A stretch of DNA of 41,025 bases, from the sequence record DRR378314_916; one strand, written 5' to 3'. A model generated the notes under the pieces. It searched no databases. It had not been told where the DNA came from and saw only the letters and a list, made by a program, of their open reading frames with translations. The translations under genes were made by a program, and so were the position numbers. Below are positions 10,241 through 21,142 of the stretch, one piece after another. Numbering within the stretch: position 1 is the first letter of the stretch; each line of letters begins with the position of its first letter.

Positions 10241-10951
10241 CTAGTTGCCAACCGCAGACGACACCTGGCCGGACTCATCCTCACTGCGCTCTGCTCCGGT
10301 TGCTTCCCCGGCCCGGAACTTCGTCAGGATCGTGTTGCGACGCAGCGCGTCACCTTGTTCAAGCGGCCTCTGGCCGAGCAGGTCAGCAGGGTCCGCAATC
10401 ATTGCCGCCATATTCGTGCGGATCGCACAGCCCAACGTCGGCAGTTCATTGTTCGAAGAAATGTCTGCCATATCCAGACTGGCCAGCGACGGACAATCCG
10501 GTGCAATGGCTTCATAGGCCTGGAACGCCAGGATCAGCGGCTCGGAAATCTCTGAGTCAGCGCCATGGCTGCTGCCGGACATTTCCTCATAAGTGACCCC
10601 GTTTTCCCAGGCGATCTCGCGAGCCTCAACAACGGCCGTAACGGCCAGCTGAGGATTCTGTGAGGATTCCGGCAATGACATGATCAGCGGTCCGTGTCCT
10701 GCGGACCGATAGGCCGCAACGAAATTCTGGATCCGCGCCTTGTCGCTCAAGCTCAGCTCACTGGCTGCCGGATGAATATCGATTTCAAGAAACTCGGTTC
10801 GCTTTGCCACACCGATCTGGTTTCGGTCCAACGGCGTCCCCTGAAGATAGGACGCTGGCACTGCGGTCGGGGCCTGGCTCGCGCAGGCTGTGACAGTTGC
10901 CACGCCGACAATGGCGGCAAATGCAAAAGAAGATGTCTTCAATCTGGTCAT
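10241..10951 (-). CDS. cpaD: Pilus assembly lipoprotein CpaD
   Basis: Lipobox VTAC, GCAIRTNMAAMIADPADL motif; start ATG 10951 just after cpaC stop. Confidence 0.9.
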   Translation of the reverse strand: MTRLKTSSFAFAAIVGVATVTACASQAPTAVPASYLQGTPLDRNQIGVAKRTEFLEIDIHPAASELSLSDKARIQNFVAAYRSAGHGPLIMSLPESSQNPQLAVTAVVEAREIAWENGVTYEEMSGSSHGADSEISEPLILAFQAYEAIAPDCPSLASLDMADISSNNELPTLGCAIRTNMAAMIADPADLLGQRPLEQGDALRRNTILTKFRAGEATGAERSEDESGQVSSAVGN

Positions 10952-10961
10952 TCCCGGTCCC

Positions 10962-12521
10962 CTATTCCTCAATGAAGCCAACAGGCGCACGATAGGATTC
11001 TGCATCCACTTTCGCGCCGTTCTTGCCATACTGTTCGTTCAGCTTGCCGAAGAAGATCGTCTTGGCGTCAGAGCTGTTTGCAAAGCCATCCGCAGGCGTC
11101 CGCAACTGATTCTTCGATGTCGGATCCACCAGATATGGCGTGACAATCACAACCAGCTCCGTTTCCGACTGAATGAAGTCCCGTGACTGGAACAACGCGC
11201 CCAGAATGGGCAGCTTCTTGAGACCAGGCACCTGGTCCAGCGTCTGGCGCGACCGGGTCTGGATCAGGCCGGCCATCATCATGGATCCGCCGGACGGCAG
11301 CTCGATGGTTGATTCCGCACGCCGCACAGACAGAGCGGGCAGAGTTGCGCCTTCTACCGTGTAGACATTGCCATCCGCATCGGTCGTCGTGGAACTGGTG
11401 CCCTGAAACGCGCCTTCAGATGTCAGTTCGGAAACTTCGGTCGACACTTTCAGTGAAATCCGCCCTTCGGAGAGGACAACCGGCGTAAAGCCAAGGCCGA
11501 CACCATAGGGTTTGAACTCAACCGTGATGCGACCATTGTTGTCTTGCCCGACCGGGACAGGGAACTCACCGCCCGCGAGGAATTTGGCGCTTTCACCCGA
11601 CATGGCAACGATGTTTGGCTCTGCCAGTGTCCGAACGATTCCGACGCGCTCCAGCGCATTGATCTCTGCGCCGATATTCGATTGCAGATCCGATCCAACG
11701 TAATTCTGGTAACCTATGGTGCCGCCAAAACCACCAAGGCTCTGGCCCTGCACCGGAAAGCTGAGCGAGCTGCCAATGTCAGCATTCAGAGAATATGGCA
11801 GGCCGGGCGCCAGCGTCGTTGTGCCCGAATCCACTACGGTCCCGCTGCCATTGTCCGTAAATAATTGGCGCTCCACAAGACGCGACAGATCGCCAAAACC
11901 AGGCGAGCCGGTCAGATTGATGCCGAGCTGTTTGACCGCGTTGCGCTGCATCTCCACGATGCGAACTTCCAGCATGACCTGGTCCTTCGCGGAAATGTTG
12001 ATCATGTTGATGACCTGCGTTTCGTCACCCGCCCGAACATAGGCAGAGACCAGCCGCTCTACCGCATTCGATGCAGACAGACTGTCGGCCGTGCCGGTCA
12101 GCACGACGCTGCCATTCACACCTTCGATCCGCACTCTCGCATCCGGAACGTGGCGCGCGACAAGCTGCTCCAGACTGGCCATATCCATCTCGACACCGAT
12201 TTCCAGGTTCAGGATCTGGTTTCCTGCCCGGTCGAAGACGAATGCATTTGTCTGGCCGAAATTGACCCCGCGAAAGATGATGCGCTTGGCAGTCTGCACG
12301 ACGGCATCTGCAATTTCGGGATTGGTAATCACAACGTCTGCGGCTGGCTTGTCCAGCTCGACTATCATGGACTTGTTCAGGCCCAGTGTGACGCGCTCAC
12401 TATAGTTTGACTCACCGGGATAGGTGATGTTCGCCCCGATTGATTCTGGCGCAGCAACTGCTGAAGGTGCGAACGCCAGAGTCAGCGCAGCAATACCTGA
12501 AATGAAACTCCGCTTACCCAC
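10962..12521 (-). CDS. cpaC: Tad secretin CpaC/RcpA
   Basis: QVMLEVRIVE, LAEPNIVAMSGESAKFLAGGEFP, LPILGALF, ETELVVIVTPYLV; GTG start. Confidence 0.95.
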   Translation of the reverse strand: MGKRSFISGIAALTLAFAPSAVAAPESIGANITYPGESNYSERVTLGLNKSMIVELDKPAADVVITNPEIADAVVQTAKRIIFRGVNFGQTNAFVFDRAGNQILNLEIGVEMDMASLEQLVARHVPDARVRIEGVNGSVVLTGTADSLSASNAVERLVSAYVRAGDETQVINMINISAKDQVMLEVRIVEMQRNAVKQLGINLTGSPGFGDLSRLVERQLFTDNGSGTVVDSGTTTLAPGLPYSLNADIGSSLSFPVQGQSLGGFGGTIGYQNYVGSDLQSNIGAEINALERVGIVRTLAEPNIVAMSGESAKFLAGGEFPVPVGQDNNGRITVEFKPYGVGLGFTPVVLSEGRISLKVSTEVSELTSEGAFQGTSSTTTDADGNVYTVEGATLPALSVRRAESTIELPSGGSMMMAGLIQTRSRQTLDQVPGLKKLPILGALFQSRDFIQSETELVVIVTPYLVDPTSKNQLRTPADGFANSSDAKTIFFGKLNEQYGKNGAKVDAESYRAPVGFIEE

Positions 12522-12523
12522 GA

Positions 12524-13366
12524 TCAGCTACCCCCTGGCCCGGCGCTGGTCGCCTTGCCACTACGATATATCTTGATACCGCCATTGCTGCTTCCCCCCG
12601 TTTCGAGCAGGTCAACCCGCGCATCCCGCTCGAATGTGTCGCCAACATCAGACCATGGGCGCAACGACAGGGTCAGACGCCCCTTCCGTTCGGCCAGGGC
12701 TATCAGTTCGGCTTCCTTGTTGTTCACTTCCAGCGTTGCAGTGTTCCCGACCTGATAGGGCCCTTCTGTCTCGCTGTCCTTGGTGTGGATCTGGTCAATA
12801 GCCAGCACCCGTACATTCTGGAGTATCGTCTCACTGGTCGTCTGCTCGGCAGGCGCACCATCCGGACCCACAAAGGTCATCTGGTAAGTCATGATCACAT
12901 CAACATAATCATTTGGCAGGATGAATCCGCCCGAAGCGGATTCGGTAGAAATCTCGACAGATATCGCCCGCATGCCCGGCGTGACGAGCGCGGCCATCGT
13001 TCCGGTGTCGCCTTTGGCTACCAGTTTTTTCGTCAGGATGGGTTCCAACTCGAACATTGGGATACGCACTACCGTACCGGCCCACTCTTCGATCGCCTCA
13101 GGAGAAGACTCTTCGGTCAGGTACCCTTCAACGACATTGTCCTCAGGCCAGTCAGCCCATTCAAGATCGTCTACGGTCACTACATCACCGATCATCAGGT
13201 CTCGCGCTGCCACAAGAACCTTCGTTTCGGATACTTCCACCGTCTCGACCACAGTCGACTGGACTGGCTGCGATGGCGTTGCATCAACGAGGTTTCTGAC
13301 AAGAAACGCCGCTGCAATGGCGGCGATGGCAGCGCCGATCAGGATAATCAGCCGAACTGGTGACAT
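12524..13366 (-). CDS. cpaB: Pilus assembly protein CpaB/RcpC
   Basis: SAF-like VLVAARDL, GMRAISV, GGFILPNDYVDV, ILQNVRVLAIDQ. Confidence 0.93.
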   Translation of the reverse strand: MSPVRLIILIGAAIAAIAAAFLVRNLVDATPSQPVQSTVVETVEVSETKVLVAARDLMIGDVVTVDDLEWADWPEDNVVEGYLTEESSPEAIEEWAGTVVRIPMFELEPILTKKLVAKGDTGTMAALVTPGMRAISVEISTESASGGFILPNDYVDVIMTYQMTFVGPDGAPAEQTTSETILQNVRVLAIDQIHTKDSETEGPYQVGNTATLEVNNKEAELIALAERKGRLTLSLRPWSDVGDTFERDARVDLLETGGSSNGGIKIYRSGKATSAGPGGS

Positions 13367-13455
13367 GAGGCCCCACTCCTCCGGAATTCAAGACACCTCG
13401 GATGATCTGACGCATTCAGATTCACCCGGTCAGAGCGGACATTTTCACAAGGCCA

Positions 13456-13471
13456 CTAAAGCATCGTTAAC
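13456..13471 (-). promoter_or_regulatory. CtrA-like binding site upstream of cpaB
   Basis: Plus strand CTAA-AGCATCG-TTAA-C (one mismatch); overlaps the cpaA stop codon, about 90 nt before the cpaB ATG. Confidence 0.55.
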
Positions 13472-13982
13472 TGAAAAGACCGATCCGGTTTAAGATTTCG
13501 GAAAGGAATGGAGAACTGCCTCCCGCTGCAAACACGCCCGCTGTAATGGCCACTGCGTAAGGCACACCCGCCTTCTCTTCGAACGGCGCGCGAATGGCCC
13601 CCGGAAGCGCCTCGGCTGGCATATATTTTCTTACCGCAAGGATGAGAAGTGCACAGCCGCCACCCGCCACAGCCATCATGAATACGAACGGAATCGTTGC
13701 ATTTGGCCCAAGCCAGAGAATCACGGCGGGAATCATCTTGGCATCCCCTCCCCCAAAGATGTTGAAGGCAAAGAGCCCAAAGGCGATCAGGAACGCGCAG
13801 CCCGCTGCCATAGCATGTCCACCAATGATCTCCATCGGGACGCCGGACACCGCTGCGGCCGGAACAAACAGGCCGGCAAGCGTCAAATTGAGCCAATTGG
13901 GAATGGTCAGCCGGTTGACGTCGTGCATCGCCGCAAAGACGCAGAGGGCCAGGAATGCGCTGGAAAGAATGGCCAGGATCAT
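13467..13982 (-). CDS. cpaA: Prepilin peptidase CpaA/TadV (A24 family)
   Basis: DVNRLTIPN, GGGDAK catalytic Asp, VPYAVAI. Confidence 0.93.
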   Translation of the reverse strand: MILAILSSAFLALCVFAAMHDVNRLTIPNWLNLTLAGLFVPAAAVSGVPMEIIGGHAMAAGCAFLIAFGLFAFNIFGGGDAKMIPAVILWLGPNATIPFVFMMAVAGGGCALLILAVRKYMPAEALPGAIRAPFEEKAGVPYAVAITAGVFAAGGSSPFLSEILNRIGLFS

Positions 13983-14063
13983 GGAGGGCTTCCTTCAATT
14001 CAATATGCAGGCCTTGTGACACAAAAGGCTGAAGGAAGTTTTGAGACAATCCGCCTCAAGAAT

Positions 14064-14095
14064 AAAAGAAGCCGCCGGGACGTCCCAGCGGCTTC
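14064..14095 (-). terminator. Terminator/stabilising hairpin after pilA
   Basis: Minus strand GAAGCCGCTGGGA-cg-TCCCGGCGGCTTC-TTTT. Confidence 0.8.
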
Positions 14096-14123
14096 GTTTA
14101 ATTAGAGAAAGCGCAGAAAATTA

Positions 14124-14303
14124 TTATTCTGAAGCTTCTGCACCAGCACCGTCGATGCTGCCGGAAACGTTGGTGAACTTGTCGTTGACCGACGTACCAA
14201 GAGCAGTAGCGCCACCGATGATAGCGACTGCGATCAGAGCAGCGATCAGGCCGTATTCAATAGCCGTAGCACCAGACTCGTCTTTCAGAAAACGTGCAAA
14301 CAT
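14124..14303 (-). CDS. pilA: Flp family type IVc pilin
   Basis: MFARFLKDESG|ATAIEYGLIAALIAVAII Flp motif; GGGAG RBS before ATG 14303. Confidence 0.96.
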   Translation of the reverse strand: MFARFLKDESGATAIEYGLIAALIAVAIIGGATALGTSVNDKFTNVSGSIDGAGAEASE

Positions 14304-14608
14304 TTGGAAACTCCCATCATGCAATTGTTTTTGCCCCGGCAAAATCCTCTACCCGGAACATGATCAACCCTACCCGACCATTCTCAACATCACATGAAAG
14401 AAAAGAGAAAATCCGTGAAGGCGAATGAGGGAACTATTAACCTTCTGAAGACCTGCAAATATTGGTCTTTTTCTGATTCGCGCTCCGTTTGTTCGGGTCG
14501 CGCGTAACCACTATATATATAGAATGCAAACACGACGGTAACCTAGTTAGGAAACGTGCAACCTTCTTCATACTAATGTGCCCATGCTGAAAACCGTGGA
14601 GTCGGCGA

Positions 14609-15049
14609 ATGAGAATGTTTTCGAAAATGTGCACTTTGTCCGTGGTCGCCGTCGGCCTCGGCCAAGCGGCGATTGCCGGCCCATTGTCGGTTGAACTCAA
14701 CAAAACCATTCCGGTCCATCTCCGCGGAACCGCCGCAAGCGTTGTGCTGGGCAGTCCCTCTATTGCCGATGTCGCCGTCCACGACGAGAACCTGCTTTTC
14801 GTGACAGGTAAATCGTTTGGCACGACCAACCTGCTCGTCTTTGATAAGGCCGGTCGCCAGATATATTCATCTGACATTGTCGTGGTTGCTGATGAGGCCA
14901 ACCTCGTTACGGTCAATCGGTCCGGATCAAATTTCACATATGACTGCGTGCCCAATTGTCGCCCGACAATCAGCGTCGGTGACGATTCTGGACACTTCGA
15001 CGAGCAGATCCAGCAGCGCATAGGCGTCAAGCAAATCACTGACGATTGA
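14609..15049 (+). CDS. Exported protein with a secretin N-terminal (T2SS/T3SS pil_N)-like domain, CpaI-like
   Basis: Signal peptide; VVLGSPSIADV, TGKSFGTTNLLVFD; C-terminal CxPxC; divergent from pilA. Confidence 0.8.
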   Translation: MRMFSKMCTLSVVAVGLGQAAIAGPLSVELNKTIPVHLRGTAASVVLGSPSIADVAVHDENLLFVTGKSFGTTNLLVFDKAGRQIYSSDIVVVADEANLVTVNRSGSNFTYDCVPNCRPTISVGDDSGHFDEQIQQRIGVKQITDD

Positions 15050-15162
15050 TAGTCCGAACTCGCGCCCATCGACGAAATCGATAAAATTCGATCTTTCTGA
15101 TCAACAGCGTGCAAACCGAACTCCTGTATAGATGCCCTCTGACAAGGGGGCCTGTCCGGGTG

Positions 15163-15726
15163 ATGAATATGGCTTTGCAACACGGAATAATCGCACCGCG
15201 CCTGCGCGCGAAGCTTGAACGCTGGTGTCAGGATCGGCGCGGCGCCACGGCAGTGGAGTTTGCCATTGTGGCCGCTCCCTTCTTCTTTCTCATCTTCGGT
15301 TTGATGGAAGTCTGCATGGTTTTCATCCTGTCCACCGTGTTGGAACACGCGCTGGGCGAAGCGGCCCGGAAGATCCGTACGGGTCAGGCGCAAGACAACC
15401 GGTTCACAATAATCGAATTCCGCAATGAGGTCTGTTCGAACTTCTACAACATGCTGGAGTGCGACGAACGACTCTACATTGACGTCAGGTCGCTGGACAA
15501 TTTCAGCGCGGCAGACCTTACCTCCCCACTCGATGGGGATGGTGAGATCGATGACAGCGACTTCAAATACGATCCGGGTGCGGCCAATGACGTAGTCGCC
15601 GTGCGTGTGATGTACGAATGGAAATTGATGACGCCGTGGGTATCTGCGCCGCTGTCCACGCTTCCAAACAACCGCCACCTGCTTCAGGCCAATGCGGTCT
15701 TCCGCAACGAGCCCTTTGGAGATTGA
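15163..15726 (+). CDS. TadE family pseudopilin
   Basis: RRG|ATAVEFAIVA prepilin motif, FRNEPF C-terminus; start at 15163 or 15169. Confidence 0.9.
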   Translation: MNMALQHGIIAPRLRAKLERWCQDRRGATAVEFAIVAAPFFFLIFGLMEVCMVFILSTVLEHALGEAARKIRTGQAQDNRFTIIEFRNEVCSNFYNMLECDERLYIDVRSLDNFSAADLTSPLDGDGEIDDSDFKYDPGAANDVVAVRVMYEWKLMTPWVSAPLSTLPNNRHLLQANAVFRNEPFGD

Positions 15727-15731
15727 TCACG

Positions 15732-16337
15732 ATGTCGAGAAAAACACTTCTCTCCCGGCTCAACCCCCGTCTCAAATGGCGCGGCGTGCGCGGTATCCGC
15801 TATAATCAAGAAGGCGTGTCCGCTGTCGAGTTCGCGCTGATAGCGCCACTATTGCTGCTGATCTATCTCGGCGCGGTCGAGCTCAGCCTGCTGATGCGTG
15901 TGGACCGCCGCGTTACATCCACCACGGCTGGACTGGGAGATCTAACGGCACGTCTCGCCACGGTGACCGATGACGATATGGAAGAGATGTTCGCAGCAGC
16001 CGTCGTGATGATGCAACCCTACGACGCGGAAAAAGCCACTATGCGCATCACCAGTATCGTCGACAATGGCGATGGCCGGACGCGCGTAGACTGGTCGGAT
16101 TCCTATCTGATGCCCGCCTATGCAAAGGGAGATCGGGTGACGGTACCGGACGGTATCGTATCCTCTCCTGGGTCAGTGATCATGGCGGAAGTGGTCTACA
16201 CTTACAAAAGCCAGATTGGCGGCATCCTCAAATCTGATGTGACGATTGATGACAAATTCTATCTGCGCCCGCGTCGTGTGAACGAGATCGCGCGCGTCAC
16301 GGATGGCGGGGGCGACTCGTTCGGGCCGACCAGCTAG
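15732..16337 (+). CDS. TadE/TadF family pseudopilin
   Basis: QEG|VSAVEFALIAP motif, FYLRPRR near the C-terminus; ATG 15732 directly after the previous stop. Confidence 0.9.
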   Translation: MSRKTLLSRLNPRLKWRGVRGIRYNQEGVSAVEFALIAPLLLLIYLGAVELSLLMRVDRRVTSTTAGLGDLTARLATVTDDDMEEMFAAAVVMMQPYDAEKATMRITSIVDNGDGRTRVDWSDSYLMPAYAKGDRVTVPDGIVSSPGSVIMAEVVYTYKSQIGGILKSDVTIDDKFYLRPRRVNEIARVTDGGGDSFGPTS

Positions 16338-16349
16338 CCCCCGGGTTCA

Positions 16350-17852
16350 TCAATCCGCGGGTGCCTTGCCCACGCGCACGGTCGTCAGCACGGCAAAGCC
16401 CAGGAAGAACAGCAAGCCAATGGCGGACATGCCAACACGCTGGCTGTTTGACCAGGTCGTAAACAGTTCGATCAGCAAGGGTCCGATCCAGACTGTGACC
16501 GTGCCGGCAATCGCGTAGAGGCCGAAGAATTCTCCTCGCATATGCGTTGGCGCAATGTGCACCAGCATGGAGCGGCTGGAAGAGATGTTCGCCGTGGCAA
16601 ACACACCGATCAGGGCACCATTCAGGAGATACGTCACGTCCGACAGGCTGGAAAAGACTGGAGCGTTCCACAGCTCGCGGTTTTCAATCAGGCCGAACAG
16701 GATGGAGTCGCGCGTCACGGACAGGCCAAAGAACAGGATGATCACGATGGCCAACAATTCCATCAGAAGCGCATTTTTCGGGCCGAGCTTTGAATCAAAC
16801 CAGCCGCCGGCAACGCCGCCAACCGCCGCCCAGATAGACGCCCAGATGGCGTAGACGGTCAGCTCGACAATTCCCCAACCAAGGAACAGGCTGACATACA
16901 CAGCCGCCAATGCCAGCAATGCAAACATGCCGTCAGCATAGATCGTGCGCGCAATCAGGAATTTGAACGCTTCACGATACTGCGCGGCCTTTCGCACAGT
17001 TCGGACGACGCCCAAGGCCCCCTGCTTCACCGATGGGAAGAAAGGTGTCCCCTTCACGCCTGTATCCTTGGAATACAGGAAGAAAGGAATGATCATCACG
17101 GCGAGCCACACGGCGCAGATCGGACCGGCGATGCGGAAATGCTCATACTTTGATGTGTCGATCCCGAACAGCGGTTCAGCGAACGGCCAGCCTAACATGT
17201 CAGGCAGGGCGAACATGCCGATGACCGCCACGAACAACAGCGCCGCCGCTGCATTGCCCAGCGCCAGGCCCAGCCCCGACACTGCTGGCAACGCAGAGGG
17301 CCGCGCCGCATCCGGCAACATGGAATTGTGGGTCACTTCACTGAACGTATAGATCACATAAGCGGCAATCAGGATGGCGATGACCGTGCCCGTGGAGAAG
17401 CCCGCCTCGCCGGGCACCGCCCACCAGAGCAGGAAGCTGAGCACAGACAACGTGCCCAGGAACAGGACCAGCAAGGGCTTTCGCCGCAATCCCCGGTCAA
17501 ATGCCGCGCCGAGGAAGGGCGCCGTCAGCGCTGCAATGGCGCCAGCCCATTTTGACAGGGACGCGACGACTGCCTGCCCCTTCGCTCCGGCCACTTGCCG
17601 CGCGGTCTCAGGGTCCATGCCCTCCAGCTCGCCACTGGCCATAATGTCCGCGCCGATAATGTCTCGCGCAAAATATGGCGCGAACACATAGATGATGATC
17701 AGGATGTAGTACGGATTGCGCGCCCATTCGAACCAGGCCCAGGCAAATCCGGTCTTTCCGAGCGCTCCACCTTCCCCTGCCGTGTGGGTGCCTTGTGCTG
17801 CCACAATTGCAGCTTCCTCATCCTGCCCCGGCGAAATGGATGTCTCGGTCAT
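16350..17852 (-). CDS. MFS transporter (UMF1/Atg22-like)
   Basis: About 12 hydrophobic segments; AWAWFEWA, NSMLP, SSRSML, GEFFGLYA motifs; GGGAGG RBS before ATG 17852. Confidence 0.85.
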   Translation of the reverse strand: MTETSISPGQDEEAAIVAAQGTHTAGEGGALGKTGFAWAWFEWARNPYYILIIIYVFAPYFARDIIGADIMASGELEGMDPETARQVAGAKGQAVVASLSKWAGAIAALTAPFLGAAFDRGLRRKPLLVLFLGTLSVLSFLLWWAVPGEAGFSTGTVIAILIAAYVIYTFSEVTHNSMLPDAARPSALPAVSGLGLALGNAAAALLFVAVIGMFALPDMLGWPFAEPLFGIDTSKYEHFRIAGPICAVWLAVMIIPFFLYSKDTGVKGTPFFPSVKQGALGVVRTVRKAAQYREAFKFLIARTIYADGMFALLALAAVYVSLFLGWGIVELTVYAIWASIWAAVGGVAGGWFDSKLGPKNALLMELLAIVIILFFGLSVTRDSILFGLIENRELWNAPVFSSLSDVTYLLNGALIGVFATANISSSRSMLVHIAPTHMRGEFFGLYAIAGTVTVWIGPLLIELFTTWSNSQRVGMSAIGLLFFLGFAVLTTVRVGKAPAD

Positions 17853-17944
17853 GAACTGTCCTCCCAAGTGCCGTTTCCCGGCATCTGTCGCCTAGCGTGC
17901 ACATTCAGGCGGGAAGGGAAAGCGGTTTTGCGGCTGTCGCTGCG

Positions 17945-19369
17945 TCAGCCTGACAGCTTTTCTGCGAGGTCTGCAGCATACTTGGTGATGTCGCCTGCGC
18001 CGAGACAAACCACCATTGCGCCGGGCTCTGCCACACCCTTCAGCACTGCCGGCAGCGCGTCGAGAGATTCGATCGTTGCAGCGCCGCGATGCCCATTGCG
18101 TGCAATGCTGGTGACCAGCGTTTCATGGTCAAAGCCTTCGATCGGGCTTTCACCCGCCTCATAGACCGGCGCGACCAGAACATGGTCGGCCTGGTCAAAG
18201 CAGCGCGAGAAATCCTCGAACAGGTCGCGCAGGCGCGTATAGCGGTGCGGCTGGCACACGGCGATCAGCTGGCCCTGCCCCTGCATCGCGCGCGCGGCCT
18301 TCAACACGGCTGAGATCTCGACCGGGTGGTGCCCGTAATCGTCGATGATGCGCACAGGTGGCTGGCCCTCGATGGGCGTCCATTCGCCAACCTGGGTGAA
18401 GCGGCGCTTTACCCCGCCGAACTGGCCCATCGAAGTGCGGATCTGTTCATCCGTTGCACCCAGCTCCAGCGCCACGGCCACAGCTGCCAGGGCGTTCTGC
18501 ACATTGTGCTCGCCCGCCATCGGCAGGGTCAGCCCTTCAATCATGCGTGGCTGTGCCGAGCCAGGACGACGCAGGGCGACATCGAAATGCGCGCCGGACA
18601 GGTCGGTGTTCAAATTGATGGCCCGCACATCTGCCTGGCGGTTGAAGCCATAAGTGATGCGCCGGCGGTCTGTCACCCGCGCGGCCAGCCCCTGCACTTC
18701 CGGGTGGTCCGTACACAGGACGGCAAATCCGTAGAAAGGCAAGTTCTCGACGAAGGTATCAAACGCCTCGCGCAATTTTTCCATGCTGCCATAATGGTCC
18801 ATATGCTCAGGGTCGATATTCGTGACCACGGCGCAGGTCGGGTGCAGCTTGGCGAAGGTTCCATCGCTTTCGTCGCTTTCGACCACCATCCAGTCGCTCT
18901 CGCCCGCCTTGTAGTTCGAGCCATAGGCATGGATGATGCCGCCATTGATGACGGTCGGGTCGATGTTCGCACCATCCAGCAGCGCCGCGACCATGCTGGT
19001 CGTCGTCGTCTTGCCATGCGTTCCGGCGATGCAGACCGTGTATTTCAGGCGCGTGATCTCTGCCAGCATATTGGCACGGCGCACAACCGGAATGCCGGCA
19101 GCGCGGGCGGCGTCCACTTCGGGATTTCCGGATTTGATCGCCGTGGAGATGATGACGGTCCCGGCACCCTTCACATTTTCGGCCTTGTGGCCAATGAAGA
19201 TCTTTGCGCCGCGCTCTCTCAGACGCTGGATATTGTCGGATTCACGAATATCCGAACCCTGAACCTCATAGCCCATCGTGATCATCACATCCGCAATGCC
19301 GGACATGCCAATGCCGCCGATGCCAACAATATGCGCCGGGCCAAGGTCAAAAGGAGTGGGAGAGGTCAT
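17945..19369 (-). CDS. murC: UDP-N-acetylmuramate--L-alanine ligase
   Basis: [33 protein letters not shown]. Confidence 0.97.
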   Translation of the reverse strand: MTSPTPFDLGPAHIVGIGGIGMSGIADVMITMGYEVQGSDIRESDNIQRLRERGAKIFIGHKAENVKGAGTVIISTAIKSGNPEVDAARAAGIPVVRRANMLAEITRLKYTVCIAGTHGKTTTTSMVAALLDGANIDPTVINGGIIHAYGSNYKAGESDWMVVESDESDGTFAKLHPTCAVVTNIDPEHMDHYGSMEKLREAFDTFVENLPFYGFAVLCTDHPEVQGLAARVTDRRRITYGFNRQADVRAINLNTDLSGAHFDVALRRPGSAQPRMIEGLTLPMAGEHNVQNALAAVAVALELGATDEQIRTSMGQFGGVKRRFTQVGEWTPIEGQPPVRIIDDYGHHPVEISAVLKAARAMQGQGQLIAVCQPHRYTRLRDLFEDFSRCFDQADHVLVAPVYEAGESPIEGFDHETLVTSIARNGHRGAATIESLDALPAVLKGVAEPGAMVVCLGAGDITKYAADLAEKLSG

Positions 19370-19559
19370 GCGTGATCGTCCAGATAAGAAAGCGGGAACG
19401 CCTAGCGATACCGTGACGCGGGAGCGGGAAGCAAGCGCTGCTTCTGCACGACGCATTCATGAAACCTGCCAGCGATATTCTTGAACCCAGAAGATGCAGT
19501 CCCAACATGACTGGAATGAGGCGCGATTCGGGTGCTTCAACGGTTTGGGAGCCTCAATC

Positions 19560-20048
19560 ATGAACATGCATCTGGCCCAGCTGAATGTCGGCCGCCTCGC
19601 CGCCCCGACTGATGATCCACGCGTCAAGGAGTTCATGGACAATCTCGACCTCGTCAACGGGATCGGCAAATCCATGCCGGGTTTCGTCTGGATGATGGAA
19701 GGTTCAGGCGAGCCCGGCCAGGGCAACACCGAGGCGAAAATCGGCGACGACCCGCAGTTCGTCGCCAACCTGACCGTCTGGGAAGACGTCAAAAGCCTCG
19801 AAACCTTCGTCTGGGGCACCATTCACCGCAAATTCTATGAGCGCCGGACTGAATGGTTCGAGATGATGCGGGATATGCATTTCGTGATGTGGTGGGTGCC
19901 GGAAGGCCACCAGCCAACCTTGGACGAAGCGATGGAGCGCCTTGCGCATCGCCGCGAGCATGGCGATTCCGACACCGCTTTCGGTTGGGAATGGCTGCGC
20001 GACGCGAAGATGCACAGGACGCACGCCTGCGCCCCTCGGGTGGCCTAA
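19560..20048 (+). CDS. DUF3291 family protein
   Basis: [38 protein letters not shown] pattern; GGGAG RBS before ATG 19560. Confidence 0.82.
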   Translation: MNMHLAQLNVGRLAAPTDDPRVKEFMDNLDLVNGIGKSMPGFVWMMEGSGEPGQGNTEAKIGDDPQFVANLTVWEDVKSLETFVWGTIHRKFYERRTEWFEMMRDMHFVMWWVPEGHQPTLDEAMERLAHRREHGDSDTAFGWEWLRDAKMHRTHACAPRVA

Positions 20049-21142
20049 AGCTCCGCCACCCGCTCTGCCATGTCGGCAAGTTCCTTGGCCGCATTTATCT
20101 TTGCTGACGCTTTCGCCTTGGCCGCGCGTTGTTTCAGTTCGTCCGTATCCTGCAAGCGCGCAGTGATCAGCCCGCCCAGCAATTGCGGATAGAGATTGGT
20201 TTCCAGCACCATGTCTGCCGCGCCAATCTCTGTCAGCGCCTCGGCATTGGCGGCCTGGTGGTCATCCATGGCAATGGCCAGCGGGATCAGGATACTGGGC
20301 CGACCTACCGCCGCGATCTCCGACACCGTCCCCGCGCCGGACCGTGCAATGACGAGATGCGCTTGCGACAGCTTCTCCGGCATATCGGAAAAGAATGGCG
20401 ACAATTCCGCCTCGATCTTCGCGCGGCGATACATATTGTCGACAAACGCGTACTGCTCCTTGCGAACCTGCTGGATCACGCGCAGGCGCGATTGCAACGG
20501 TGGCGGGATATGATCAACAATCGCCGCCGGAATTGTCTCGCCAATGATCTTTGATCCCTGACTGCCGCCAGTGATCAAAATGGTCAGCTTGTCGTCCGTA
20601 GACGGGAACGGATCATCGCGCCGCGCGAGAATGGCTTCTCGTACCGGATTACCGACCGCCAGATGCGCACTCCAGGATGGCAGCTTGTCCAGCCGCTCGA
20701 ACCCGCTTGCCACCAGTTTGGCCTGCCGCGCAAAGCGCCGGTTCACCCGGCCCAGGACAGCGTTCTGTTCGTGAATAATGATCGGCACATTCATCCGCCG
20801 CGCCGCTGCAAGCGCCGGGAAGGCCGGATAACCGCCAAACCCTGCCACCAGCATCGGACGCGACTCGAACATCAGTTTCTTGGCGCGGTTAATGCCTGCA
20901 TTGATCTTCATGGCCGCCTTCGGCAGCGTCCAGGGCTTGCGGAAGTTCGGAGAGGCGGCCTGCACCTGCTCCAACCAGTCTGCCGGGAAGTCCTTGGCAT
21001 ATTTCGCGCCGCGCTTGTCAGAGATCAGGCCGATCCGCCAGCCGCGCGCGCGCATCTCGTCCGCAAAGGCGCGTGCGGGGAACATGTGCCCCCCGGTTCC
21101 CCCTGCTGCAATGATGACGAGCTTGTCTTTCGTGTCAGCCAT
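20045..21142 (-). CDS. murG: Undecaprenyl-PP-MurNAc-pentapeptide GlcNAc transferase
   Basis: [36 protein letters not shown]. Confidence 0.97.
   Translation of the reverse strand: MADTKDKLVIIAAGGTGGHMFPARAFADEMRARGWRIGLISDKRGAKYAKDFPADWLEQVQAASPNFRKPWTLPKAAMKINAGINRAKKLMFESRPMLVAGFGGYPAFPALAAARRMNVPIIIHEQNAVLGRVNRRFARQAKLVASGFERLDKLPSWSAHLAVGNPVREAILARRDDPFPSTDDKLTILITGGSQGSKIIGETIPAAIVDHIPPPLQSRLRVIQQVRKEQYAFVDNMYRRAKIEAELSPFFSDMPEKLSQAHLVIARSGAGTVSEIAAVGRPSILIPLAIAMDDHQAANAEALTEIGAADMVLETNLYPQLLGGLITARLQDTDELKQRAAKAKASAKINAAKELADMAERVAEL

Noticed and set aside
14437-15678. 413-aa minus-strand ORF
   Set aside because: Antisense shadow of the cpaI-like and tadE-like genes; no recognisable motifs
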